Source: Mobula hypostoma (Eukaryota). From it: 64,000 bases of DNA. A program made the position numbers and the translations under genes. Below the pieces are notes generated by a model. That model was not told the origin of the DNA and made no database searches. It worked only from the letters and a program-made list of their open reading frames with translations. Location: NCBI RefSeq assembly GCF_963921235.1, contig NC_086097.1, forward strand, positions 39,992,001-40,056,000, in the 5' to 3' direction. This document shows positions 49,771 through 62,619 of this stretch, piece by piece (the stretch's first letter is position 1; the number at the start of each line of letters is the position of its first letter).

Positions 49771-50021
49771 TAGAAACATAGAAACATAGAAAACCTAAAG
49801 CTCAATACAGGCCCTTCGGCCCACAATGCTGTGTCGAATATGTACCTACTTTAGAAATTACCTAGGGTTACCCATAGCCCTCTGTTTTCCTGAGGTCCAT
49901 GTACCTATCCAGGAGTCTCTTAAAAGACCCTGTTGTATCCACCTTCATCATCGTCACCAGCAGCCCATTCCACACACTCACCACTCTCAGCATCTCCTCT
50001 GTACCTACTTCCAAGCACTTT
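49771..50021 (-). mobile_element. CR1 3' fragment nested in CR1
   Basis: TAGAAACA-repeat tail; host CR1 GKG|..VLKPEGVQRKFTKMIPG continues after it. Confidence 0.8.
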
Positions 50022-51189
50022 AATGTGCTGAAACCGGAAGGGGTTCAAAGGAAATTCACAAAAATGATTCCAGGATTGAATGGACTGTCTTATGAAGAGC
50101 ATTTGATGGCTCTGGCCCTGTATTCTCCAGAATTCGGAAGAATGAAATGTAACCTCATTGAAACCTATTTACCAAAACAAATGTTTTTTTTCTGAGTTCT
50201 GTCAATGGAAGGCATAACTAGGCACACAGATGAAAAAAATTCAAGGATGTGGTCAAAATCTCCTTAAAAGAACAGTATTCCCACAGATTCTCAGGGATCT
50301 GTTGCTCATGGCTAGCTAACGCGGAGGCAGGGCATTTGTATTGGTATTGAGAACTCATACCCATGTAGTGGAGCTGACAGAAGACCATTGTAAAGGGCAG
50401 ATGGAGGGCAATCCTCTTAAAATACCCATTGACATACCCATTCCTGCCTCACCAGTAGGAGAGTCCATGGTTCTGACATTGGCCTCATCGATCACATCAG
50501 AACTCACAAGACCAGAGCAGATCTTTCTCAATCGGGGGGGGGGGGGGGTGGGATTGTGGGAGAGAAAGAGGACTTAGTGATGTTTAAGTTCTCTTTATAG
50601 TTGATCTCAAATATTTCCATTTATATTAGATTATAACAGATATTAATAACAGATTTTGAATCTGTTAAAGCTGCAGAGAATATATTAATTAATGGTAAAG
50701 ACATCACTCACTATCACCATTTTTCCCACCATTATATTTCAGGCCCTCCCAGATACCCAAATAAGGGCTACAAAAGCTCCCAGCTGGCTCCTATGAATAG
50801 ATGGATGCTCCTCTCTGGATCGAGACAACAATGTATAAGGCTTGATAAGGGAATTTAAAAAGATCTCTAGCTACTTCAGCTTTTTTGATTTCTGCCCTTG
50901 GTTGCAGCCTGCCCAAATATAAGATGAAGAACAGGATCTTATATTTCGTGTTGGTGTACATAGGAGCATTTGATATTCAGTATCAGATTCAGGAACATGA
51001 GTAACTTTGTTTCTCCTTCTATATCAGAATGGGCTAAGTTTTCTATCTGTTATGAGACCTCATTTTTTCTCCCTCAATTGTCATAGCATGACTGGAAGAC
51101 CATGCCCTATGGTCCTGCATTTTGCAATTTTAGATTTCGTTGTCAGTGTTCTCATTCATTTTGTAGTTATTATGCACAAAGGGACGACG

Positions 51190-51460
51190 TTCCCATTCCC
51201 AATCCGCCCCTAGTAACCCACTGGCCAGATTACCTTGTTCACAGTTTATCCCCAGGGCAAACCTGGTCTCACTCTATCAGAGACATTCACTTTGTCCTAT
51301 CCACACCTTCCCTTCATCCCAGCAGCTTAACATGAACTTGTTTACTCCTCTTCCCACTTCTGACGAAAGATCTCAGACCTGAAACATGAATTCTCTCTCT
51401 CCTTACACAGACTCTGCCTAATCTGTCATTTGCTTCTGATAGCTTTTGTTTTTATATCAG
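51190..51460 (+). mobile_element. Older Penelope-like terminal repeat with hammerhead-like core
   Basis: CTGACGA (51360-66)-AAGATCTCAGACCT-GAAAC (51381-85). Confidence 0.5.
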
Positions 51461-53589
51461 GATAGTGTTGCGGCTATCGCGCACAATTTGCTAAACTGAC
51501 CAGAAAACGTGAGTGTTTGCAAAATTAGGTGCAGTGAGTTTTTAACTCTACAGTAAATCCAAATCCTAACAATTGCAAAATGACCTCATCATTTCATAAA
51601 ATTTAACATTGTAAGTGTGGTGTTTACTTAATTATTATGGGAGATATTTTAAAGTATATTTTACTTTTCCACTGATTTTTGTTTTTCACCCTTCTTGCTC
51701 CCCACTTCACTGCCTGTGGCTGTTTACAGTCAATTAAATATTCCAATTTAAGCATCCCAGTGAAGATTCTTTAATCTGATTGGTTGAAGAGCTGCACTGT
51801 CATACTCAAACATGTTGAGATTCGTGTGCTGCCAGTCAAAAGTCCATGAAATGTCTATAAGCAGTTGTAAGCACATCATTTTGGAACAGCATTCCTCTTC
51901 TACTAAATGGCATCCAGATCATTATATCTCCTGTGTTTCTACTAATTCTCAAGTGGTGAAACCCCTGTAGAAATAGTACCCATTTTGTCTTTTAAAACTA
52001 ATTCATTTCTCCTTTATTTACAATTTCGTAAAAATGTGATTCATCACCACTGTTGAGAGTTACAAAATCTTACTCTTTGCAATCTCGCAGTTCAGTATGG
52101 AGCACGGCGTATTATCAACAGATGTAGATTTAAGATAACTATTTCAAAAATCTGTTCAAACATCAGCTTAGGAATAATTCCCCAACTACATCACTGTGAA
52201 TTTTGCCAAACTATAGACAGCTGTATTGCTTAGGAATGATGGCCACCAGCAGCTGTAGACTGCATCGAAAGATTTCCCCTGGGATCTTTACAGGCGTAGA
52301 CAGAAGAGAATTTTATTCCTTTTGTCTGGCTATACTCTAATTCATTCAGGCCCAGTCTTAGTCCCATTGGAGCAGGAAGTTTGGGCAGCTGGAATAGCGG
52401 TGGGGTGCTTATCGTCATGTTTATGACATGTTCTCTGTTGTTGCCAAGTTAATCTTGTTGAGTTTGAACATAGGAAAGGTGCCTGTGTTAAGCAGTTGGG
52501 AGGCAAAACAATTTTAAACTGTTAGCATTTAGAAAAGCCATTTGCATCCCAAAGTGATATTGAAATCTGGAGTGTGCATATGATATCCAGGGCAATTATC
52601 TAGTACTGGAAGACCACCAGTATTTCAAAACAGAAATGATACTGTCTTCATTCCATTCTGAGATGTTTTCCAGTATATGGTACAGTGCAGCAAAAGTCAA
52701 ATCACTTGTAATTTCCATATATATCAATGAGAATTATTCATTTTTATACTTGCCTCCTATTACTGCTGCAATCCCAGACAAATTTTCTGAAAAGTAACAA
52801 GAATATCCTGTGTTAGAGTTTATCGTTGATCGAGTCAGTGAGAGGAATAATTTTAGTAACTTCAGTGAGGTAACATACACTGTCCTGATCCACACAGTAT
52901 TTCTTGATAATTTTTAACTTCAATTTCTTCCAGAATTCATCTTTTAACCTGAAATGTTATTTTCAGTTTTCTAATAAATTAAATAAGTCATAAATTTACA
53001 TAGAAATGAAAATGCCTGTAATATTGAATTATTCATAACTGAAATGGTAATGAACTCAGTGACTTAGTGACTCAGACCTAACCCTTTTTGAGATCCAACA
53101 GTTTTGCTCTTTTATTAGATTCCACTAAAATTAAAAATGAGTTTCTTTTTAAAATTTTGCAATTGCTCTGTAAAGGTTATTAAAGATCATAGTACTGTAT
53201 TGCAGAAGGCCTCAGGGGAATAACTGTTTTCAAAGACGCTGGGCAAAAAAGAGTATATGGCTTCCACCATTCCAGCGAAATGGGATCAGCACATCCAAGC
53301 ACCGTGTGCAAAACAAGAATTTCATTGCTTTTCTCTGCACATTAAAGGTCAACAATGGGAAGCTGCTGCCTTGTCATCAACTTTGTTGCAGCCCGATTTG
53401 ATGCCTCTATGAAAGGAATGGAGCATGAAGAGGTGCCTTGTGATTCTCAAGCAGGAAAGCTGGTCTTACTAGGAAAACAAAACAGTTCACAGAATCAGGC
53501 TTATTATCACTGACAACGCCGTCAAATTTGTTGTTTTGTGGTTCTCTAAATGCACAGCACTTATCTGCGCCATTACTGGTACATCCCAA

Positions 53590-53850
53590 CATTCAAAACT
53601 CAAAGTAAGTTTATTATCAAAGTATGTACGGCATATATCACCTGAGATTCATTTTCTTGCAAGCATTCACAGTAGAACAGAGAAATATAATAGAATCAAT
53701 GAAACACCGCACACAAGGACTGACAAGCAACCAATATGCAAAAGAAGATCAACTGTGCAAATACAAAAAAAATATAATAATTTAATAAAACAGAGAACAT
53801 GATCCCTTGAAAGTGATCCATAGGCTGTGTTCAGTGTTCAGTTCAGTGTT
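53590..53850 (-). mobile_element. Rex1-type 3' UTR fragment
   Basis: TTCAAA-type tail + TTTATTATCAAAG...CCTGAGATTCATTTTCTTGC; similar to 57846-58100. Confidence 0.6.
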
Positions 53851-54164
53851 GACCTGCCGCAGAATATGAAAAGGGATCCCTTCCTTCTTAAGTTTTGGAT
53901 TTAACTGCCCAATTTTTTTGCAAGTGGGGTTACCTGCTTCCTTTGACAGGAGACCTGACCATTACAATTCTTGCTTCTGGTGTTGTCTCCACTTCCATGA
54001 TTTCTATTTGGGTGTTAGATCAGTAGGCTTATCCCCTTCTGTTCCTTACCATTTGGTAATTTAGAAGCTCAAATCCACCTACTTCCATCTGTAGATCCCA
54101 TTTGGAATGACTGCTTTGGAATTCTAGCTATGGTGTGAAATGGGGAAGGTGTGAGGTATATGTC

Positions 54165-54515
54165 AGGTCGTATGATGTGTGCAGTCATGGTCTTTCCGTG
54201 ATCATGAATGCTCTTGGCCAATTTTTCTCCAGAAGTAGTTTGCCATTGGCTTCCTCTGGTGACTCCAGCCAATATCAATACTATCTGGTGATTTTCTGCC
54301 TGGTGTCAGTGGTCAAATAACATGACTTATGATATGCACCAGCTGCTCATACGACCATCTGCCAGCTGCTCCCATGGCTTCAAATAACCCTGATCAGGAG
54401 GCTAGGCAGGTGAATTGGGGGGGGGGGGTGGTTGCTAAGCAGGTGCCCTGCAGGGATGACCTGCAGGCTAGTGGATGGAAAATGTGCCTTTGGTAGAGAT
54501 GTATCTCGCCTCCAC
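54165..54515 (-). mobile_element. SINE-like element with RTE/BovB-type 3' segment
   Basis: CCAGAAGTAGTTTGCCATTGGCTTCC resembles the BovB/Bov-A 3' motif (GAGTGGGTTGCCATTTCCTTC), recalled from memory. Confidence 0.4.
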
Positions 54516-55639
54516 TACACATCTTCTGAAGAATATACAGTATCTCTCTATATAGATCTTCTGAAATTATGTATCAGCAGTCGAGAGCCGTATTCATGTA
54601 GTCTGCATACATGACGCCTTCCTGACAGTACATCTACAAAGATTACTTCTCTGTGAGCATGGTTGAAACTGGCATGGGGCAGAATCTTTTCGGGGACTGT
54701 TTTCCTAACGATACAATTTCCAGTCTGTTAATGTTTCATCAGTTGTCTGAGGGCTTTTAGTGTATTACCTATGTTGCCATAACAACAAAATATTTACGCT
54801 CCACTTGACAAATCTGATTGATATTTAGAAATGCAGCTCAACTTTTAGTTACACTTTCTTACATGTATCATGCAATGGGTTTGAAAAGATGAATACTCTC
54901 ATGAATATTAGATGTTGCACACACACACAGTTATGTAAAAATTCCATTAGCGTTTTTGCATTTTAAGCATTAAATATTACTTGAGCTTCAGTTGTACAGA
55001 ATTTTAAGCATTTATGTCTCTGTAGATAGCATTTTCAATTCACTAATATCATCAATTGTAAATGCATTAATTCTAATACTTGCCATTTGTTTTTTATAAG
55101 CTGATGGTTGTATTTCAACTAACATTTTTCTCTTTATCTATTGTGCTAAAAGAGGTTTGTTAACAGCACTTAATAGTTGGCAAGTTACTCAGTGTATAGA
55201 CCTGAGACAACATGAGCCTGTATGAATTAATCATGTTTTAATTGAAGCAGGTGCATCCACTACATCTTACTATGCGGCAGAACGACATTATTTTCAGTAA
55301 TGGTAATTTTGCCAACTGTCAGTTACCATACCGCTGTAAGAATTGTTGGGACTCAAATGTGGCCAGGAAGGTTCTCATTTTTTCAGAAGCCAGGAGGCCT
55401 ACTCTGTCAAAACTAACATAGAATCACAAGGGGGAGTTTGGAATCTAGATATTCCTACGTGGGCAATTAACTTTCTTTGAAGAGTTTGCCACAAGAAAGA
55501 TTCACAGCCTTTGAATTAAAAGCCTTGGTGAAATCTTGGTAACATACTAATAACCATGTCTTCAAATTATATGATTAAAATCAATTACCATGACACTCTT
55601 CAGCACATCACTGGGACTCAACTAGCAGACCTGGAGACA

Positions 55640-55940
55640 ATTGACAACTCTTGATGCTCGTACATCAGGAGACCACCCCATCCCAGATACTGTCTGTTCA
55701 GTCTCCTGCCATCTGGTAGGAAATACAGAAACATCCTGGTTCAGACAGTAAGACTGGATAATACTGTACCATGGCTTGCCATTGGCCTTTGAGTGTTATG
55801 AACTATCAAAGTCACTTTTTGCATGTAAATATGGGATTTTTAAAATTAAGCCACACCGCATGCATTTAAATATCTGATTTGCACTGCTTCAAGTAGCACC
55901 ACAGTTTTGTTGTCTCAGGTAATGACAAGAAAGTTCTATT
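55640..55940 (+). mobile_element. Old Rex1 C-terminal fragment
   Basis: HPRYCLFSLLPSGRKYRNI motif. Confidence 0.65.
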
Positions 55941-56365
55941 CTGCTCTATTCCCTTCTATTCTGGTAGAAGTTATGAATGCATGCTCTATCCAGTACAAAT
56001 TACTTCCAAACAATTTGGAAGTTGCTTTTAAGTCTAAGAATGCTATCTTCAAATAAGATTGACGACGGCTTCTTTGGAAGAAAATAATTACCAATTTCTC
56101 AGGTTTCTGAATAACTTTTTTGGGTGGTTCACTTAGGAATCAAAACCTCGATGATAGCCATGGATGTGGGAAAGTTGTTACATGTTGGAAAAGGGAAGAG
56201 ACCATTTGAAACTTGCTGAGGTATGGTAATAGCAATCTCATTGGGTAGAATAAATACTTAACACAAGCCAGCGCTCTGACTTAGTTCATCAAATGTGATG
56301 CTTTGATTCACTTCTTGTAATGAATCTTAAAATACTTCCCCAGCAAACTAACTGTTGAAACTAAA

Positions 56366-56524
56366 ACACGAGGAAATCTGCAGATGCTGGAAATTCAAGC
56401 AACACACATCAAAGTTGCTGGTGAACGCAGCAGGCCAGGCAGCATCCTAGGTGAAACGTCGACTGTACCTCTTCCTAGAGATGCTGCCTGGCCTGCTGTG
56501 TTCACCAGCAACTTTGATGTGTGT
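56366..56524. mobile_element. Palindromic Penelope-derived mini-element
   Basis: 47-nt inverted arms 56400-446 and 56480-526 (1 mismatch); 13-bp TSD TGTTGAAACTAAA (56353-65, 56525-37). Confidence 0.85.
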
Positions 56525-56614
56525 TGTTGAAACTAAACGTTTCATTTCTGTTACATCTCTGGTAACTTCTACTCAGTACTGGTCATGCTAAGTCTTTTTT
56601 TTTGCTCTTTGATA

Positions 56615-57850
56615 AACACCCCGTGGCAACATTTTTTGGTATGCCTGTACTCCTGCTCGCCAATACAAATTTCTAATCAACTGATCATGCTGACATGGTC
56701 AAGAGATTCAATTGTTGTTCAGCCCAAACTTCAGAGTAAGGAAGAAATGTGATCTAAATCACTTCGACCATAGAATGATTGTTGGTGCTAGATGATGTGC
56801 CTGCTACAGCTCTGCCTTTAATACCATCATTCCAAATAAACTGATTCCTAAGCTCCGGAAACTGGGCCTTAGCACTCAGATCTGCAACTGGATCTTCAAG
56901 TTCCTCACAGACAGGACCCAGGCTGTAAAAGTAGGGGACAAGCTCTCCTCTACAATCACTCTGAGCACCAATATCTCAATGACCTGACTTTGTCCAACCA
57001 AGCAGAGTTCACTGCCAAGAAGGCCCACCAGCGCCTTTACTTCCTGAGAAAACTAAAGAAATTTGGCCTGTCCCCTAAAATCCTCCCTGATTTTTATAGA
57101 AACACCGTAGAAAGCATTCTTCTAGGGTGCATCACAACCTGGTATGGAAGTTGTCCTGTCGAAGACCGAAAGGAGCTGCAGAAGATCATGAACACAGCAC
57201 AGCACATCATACAAGCCAATCTTCCGTCCATGAACTCATTTTACACTGCATGCTGTCGGAGCAGTGCTGCCAGGATAATCAAGGACACGGCAGCCAAAAC
57301 ACTTTTCGTCCCTCGTCCCTCCGGGAGACGGCTCAAGAGCTTGAAGACTCATACGGCCAGATTTGGGAACAGCTTCCTTCCAACTGTGATAAGACTGCTG
57401 AACGGATCCTGACCCGGATCTGGGCCATATCCTCCAAATATCTGGACCTGCCTCTCGGTTTTTTTTTGCACTACCTTACTTTCCATTTTTCTATTTTTCT
57501 ATTTATGATTTATAATTTAAATTTTTAATATTTTCTACTTTTTACTATTTTTAATATTTTTACTATTTAATATTTGTAATCCAGGGAGTGGGAGGTGCAG
57601 AATCAAATATCGCTGTGATGATTGTACGTTCTAGTATCAATTGTTTGGCGACAATAAAGTATAAAGTATATAGTATGTGGTTTGAATGTCTTGGAAATTG
57701 CTCATCTTCTGAGGGTTTCATGCAAAACAGTCTCTAGATTTTTGCAGAGAATGGTACTAACACAAAACAAATATCCAATGAGTGGTGGTTCTGTGGGTGA
57801 AAATATCTTGTTAATGAGTGTGGTCAGAGGAGAATGGCCAGACTAGTTCA
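56615..57850 (+). mobile_element. Third Tc1 copy, split by a Rex1 insertion
   Basis: 56615-56799 and 57675-57850 are collinear with 281-660. Confidence 0.8.
56800..57674 (+). mobile_element. Rex1/Babar 3' fragment with internal deletion, inserted in Tc1
   Basis: [26 protein letters not shown]...VESILLGCITTWYG...PSGRRLKS...SFLPTVIRLLN; TSD ATGTG at 56795-99 and 57675-79; TATAAAG-repeat tail. Confidence 0.9.
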
Positions 57851-60530
57851 AAGTTCAAAGTTCAAAGTAAAAATTATTTTCAGAGTACATGCATGTCACT
57901 ACATACAATCCTGAGATTTTTTTTCCTGCGGGTATACGTAACAAATCTAAGATACAGTAACTGTAAACAGGATCAATGAACAACCAACTGTACAAATGCA
58001 AATATAAATAAATAGCCATAAATAACGAGAGCATTAAATAAGAAGATAAAGGTCCTTAAAGTGAGACCATCTGTTGTGAGAACAGCAGAAACAGAATGAG
58101 TACAGTTATCCCCTTTTATTCAGGAACCTGATGGTCGAGAAGTAGTAACTGTTTTTGAACTTGGTGGTGCAAGTCCTGAAGCTCTTGTACCTTCTTCCTG
58201 ATGGTAGCAGCGCGAAAAGAGCATGGCCGAGGTGATGAGGATTTTTGATGATGGATGCTACTTTTCTACGAAAACATTTCATGTAGATGTGCTCAATGCT
58301 TGGGAGGATTTTGCCCTTGATGTACTGGGCCGAATTCACAGCCTTTTGTAGGATTCTCCACTCAAGGGCATTGGTGTTCCCATACCAGGTTGTAACACAG
58401 GTATTCAATACACTTGCCACAACATACCTATAGATATTTGTCAAGGTTTCCGATGACATGCCGGTTTTCCGCAGACTCCTGAGGAAGTGAAGGCGCTGCT
58501 GTGCTTTCTTTCGCAATTACATTTTTATGATGGTTCCGGAACAGGTTCTTTGAGATAGTGACATCCCGGAATTAATGACTCTCACCACCCCCAATGAGGA
58601 TTGGCTCATAGACCTGTGGTCTCCCTCTCCTGAAGTCTACAATCAGGTCCTTGGTCTTGCTGACACTGAGTGAGAGGTTGCTGTTATGACACCGCTTAGC
58701 CAAATTGTCAATCTTCCTCCTGTATGCTGATTCATTACCCCCTTTGACACAGCCCACAACAATGGTGTCATCAGCAAACTTGTACAAGATGCTGGGGCTG
58801 TACTTAGCCCCACTGTGATAGGTGTAAAGTGAGTAGAGCAGGGAGCTAAGTAGCAGAGCTCCTGTGCTGCTAGAGATTATGGAGGAGATGTTTTTGCCAA
58901 TCCAAACTGGCTGGGGTCTGCAAGTGAGGAGATTGAGCATTCATTTGCACAAGGGGGTATTGAGGCCCAGGTCTTGGAGTTTATTGACTAGTTTTAAGGG
59001 GATGATGGTATTAAATACTGAGCTGTAATTGATAAAAAGCATCCTGATGTATGCATCTTTGCTGTCCAGATGTTCTATCATTGTGTGAAGAGCTAATGAG
59101 ATGACATCAGCTGTGGACCTATTGCTTTGGGTAGGCAAGCTGGATGGATGCAAATATAGGAGCTGATGTGTTTCAACACGAGCCTCTTCATCATTGTGAA
59201 ACCAGACACTTCATCACTGTGCATTTAAGTGCCACTGGCAATAGTCATTGAGGCAGGCTATTACGTTATAATTGAAGCCTGCTTGAAGCGGGTAGGTGCC
59301 ATACACTGCCAGAGTGAGAGGTTGAAGATATCTGTGAGCACACCAGCCAGTTGGTCAGCACAGGTCTTCAGTACTCTGCCGGGTGCTCCTTCTGGACTGG
59401 GTGATCTCCTTGGACTCACTCTCTGGAAGGCAGCCTGCATGTTATCTTCAGATACTGAGACCAAATGACATCGGGAGATATGGGGGTGCACAATGTTTCC
59501 AGTTCCTCCCTGTTCTTGTGGTCAAAGTGAGCATGGAGGCATAGAGCTCATCTGGAAGCAAAGTTCTGCTGCCTCCATGTCGCAAGATTCAACATTGTAG
59601 AAGGTTATGGCATACCAACCCTGCGGTAGCTGTTGAGCACTGCTTGCTGATTCCAGTCTAGTCCGTAATCTCCTCTTCTCCAGTGAGATGGTTTTCAGGA
59701 GATCATATCTGCACCTCTTGTACCGTTCTTGATCTCCAGACTTGAATGTTTTTAATCTGGATCTCAGCAAATTCTGGATTTCATGGTTCATCCAGGGCTT
59801 TTGATTTGGATAAACCCTGAATGATTTTGTTCTGCAACTGTACCTGCAGCTGTTTTAATAAAGTCTGTAACAAGCCTGTAGTCATTCAGATCCTCAGATG
59901 AATGCTTGAACACGGCCCAGTCTACTGACTGAATAAAGTCCGGTAATTGTTCCTCTGCCTCCCATGTCCACCTCTTAGTTGCCTTGACCTCTGGGGCCTT
60001 GGTCTTTAGGCTCTGTACGCAGCCAAATGATCTGACTTGCTAAGGTGCGGACTCGAAAAGGAACGATAGACATTCCTTATCATAGTGTAGCAGTGGTCTT
60101 GTGTGTTGGAATCTCTGGTACAACAGGTTACGTGCTGGTGATAATTGGGCAGGGTTTGAAATGCATCAGGATAAGCTGATCCTTGCCTGCAGACAACCTT
60201 GTCCAGTTTCATGAGTGCTGGCTTATAATCGGCCGCTGGTGGTATATAAACTGTGGTCAGGATCACAGCTGAGAATTCCCAAGGCAAATAGAATCACCTA
60301 TGTTCGATCGTTAGGTGTTCTAAGTTGGGAAACAGGTGGTGAACATAACCCCCACGTTCAAACACCAAAGAGAATTGACTAAAAACCACATCCACCAGCT
60401 TTTTCCTTACCAGATTTTGTGGTTTGATCCAGTCTGAAAATTGTAAAATCTTTTGGTCGGATCCCTGTGTCTGGTGCATATGCTGATAACCAAGTCTCAA
60501 TGCAATAAACAATTGATTCTCCAGTCTATT
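57846..60530 (-). mobile_element. Rex1/Babar LINE, near-complete decayed ORF (endonuclease + RT)
   Basis: EFSAVILTTVYIPPAAD; QHVTCCTR..TQDHCY; GRVLKTCADQLAGVLTDIFNLSL; NRSTADVISLALH; YKFADDT; GAACTTT-repeat tail. Confidence 0.92.
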
Positions 60531-62619
60531 GGAGAAATTGATCGGATTTTTTTCTATGGCTCTAACGAGGATACTAAGTGCTAAGTAATGGCAGTTTCAG
60601 ATAAGATTTCTGATTATCATTTAAAAAATCCTTTGTGCTTTACTGTAATAGTTACTTGTCAACCTGGATTAATTCCTAACAGGTTGAGCTAGTTAACTGG
60701 TCATAAAGCATGTAATAGTGACTCCTCTAAAATGGAGCGAGAATTTTTGCCAAATTGTGGTGCCAACTTATTGTTTTTTTTTAAATGCTTGCCAAATGAT
60801 TTTAATATATGCATGTTAAATACAAAAGAATGAAGGTCATTATAATATGCAATTAACTGTAATTGTTATAATCAAAAGCCTAGAGTGTGGAAGAATTACA
60901 TCTCTTTCATTTATTGATGTTGCCTTTAAGTGCATGTGTCAATAAATCCATAGCTTCAGGTGAATGAGTGGATAAATATCAAATTTAAATATGAAATGTA
61001 ATAGGATAATCAGTATTTTACCGATTAGGATCAGATTCAATTATAAGAGTATCATTCTAAATTTAGTAAACTGATTTATATGATTGAAAGCAAACATTCT
61101 GCCTAATCTGTATGCATGGCTATGGTAATAAATGGAGTCCTACATTAAAAAATATGTTCTGGATTCTGTGACCTGGATTTATCCTACAAACATAGTAACA
61201 CTTTTCTATATTTTATGTTCTCTGTTGTGGCAATATTCACTTGTGAAGATCGTTGAAGTGACTTTCAATGCAGATATTTATTTATAAATGCAAACAGTAC
61301 CATCCAAAGGAATTTATTTCTGGTTTGTGAGCCTGACTGGATAAAAGCACTCATGGAGGATTGCAGTAAGTGGTCATTCTGGGTGGAGGCCAACAAGATC
61401 TGGCTCATGATAGAGCATCCTTGTTACTGCAACACACAACAATGGCTGTTACTCATTTCTCTAAACTTTCAAAATGGAAAGTTCGAAAAATGGAGGGCTT
61501 TTCTCATAATGCAGCCTCTTTCTTTTCATCTGCTCTATTTCTAAGGTAAAACTTCAGGATATTCCATGCATTGTTTTTAATGATTTTCTGTTTCCACACT
61601 TAATGTTTATTGACATTTAATTGTCAACATTTAATGTTTGGATCAACTGAAAAAGAAAGGGCCAATTGCTATGTCAGAATCATAGCAATTTGTGGCATTG
61701 AAAGAGGCCACTATTCTGTAGCTACTAGAAAAGAGCTTTATGTGAAGCTCACATCCCAGCCGTCGGTTCACAGCTCTTCAAGTGGTCATAAAGATGTTTC
61801 GTAGATGTGGTGAGGTTTAATGCAGCCACCTCCCTCCCAGACTAATATCTTTTTCTCAATTCCTGTTAATCTTTTAATCTATTATTATAAACTTGTAACT
61901 TCAGCTGTAATAAAAATAATGAAGATTTATTGATTGCTTAGAGAAAACTGCACACTTCAGTCAAGGCCAGAACAAAATTGAACAGAAGTTGAAGGCTTAT
62001 AATTATCTATCTTAAGTCAAATGAAATGACCTTATTCAATGCTATTGAGGACTTTCAAATACATTGCAACTTTCACAATCTCAAGACATTCCAAATTCCT
62101 TTACAGAAAAAAAAGTAATATTTCCAAATTTTTATCATGGCTTTAACAAAGCAAACATTAATACAGATTATAATATGTCAAGGCTAAATAAACACTTCAT
62201 ATAGAAAGTATAAAGGAAGATTTTTACATTAAATAGTCCAGATTCCTTGAGAAGTTAGAAATTTACTACATTCTGTCATTTCTGTATGTTTTTAAGGTAA
62301 AAAAAAATACCAAAACAGTAATGCTACCTTTATTCAATAACTCAAAGTTTTATTGATCTGTCAGAAAACTTACAGATAAATGATCAATTTCAGGGCTTCA
62401 TTTTAACCCTGCAATTTGTTTGTCTTCCCAACCTGTAATAGGTTTGGGACCACCTTGAGAACCAAATCTCGCTTAATAATACATTTGTTAGCTGCCCATC
62501 TGAATAGGTGCCTGCATACTGCTGTTATAAAAATGACAATGGGAGAAGTGTGTTCATTCATTATCCAATTCCCAATTTTACAGACAATTTTAATTGGTCC
62601 CCTGAGTTTTCAATAGAAA

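Larger units (their letters stand above)
46495..50166 (+). mobile_element. Near full-length decayed CR1: ORF1 SGNH esterase remnant + ORF2 endonuclease/RT
   Basis: TNDIG..EEVLERDFRELGRKL...SGLLPVP...WCRGQGFRFMDHWDLFW...GLHL; LYLN..IQNKVDEL..YDVVGITESWL; QHGFLKGKSCLTNLLEF; KFADDMKIG. Confidence 0.92.
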
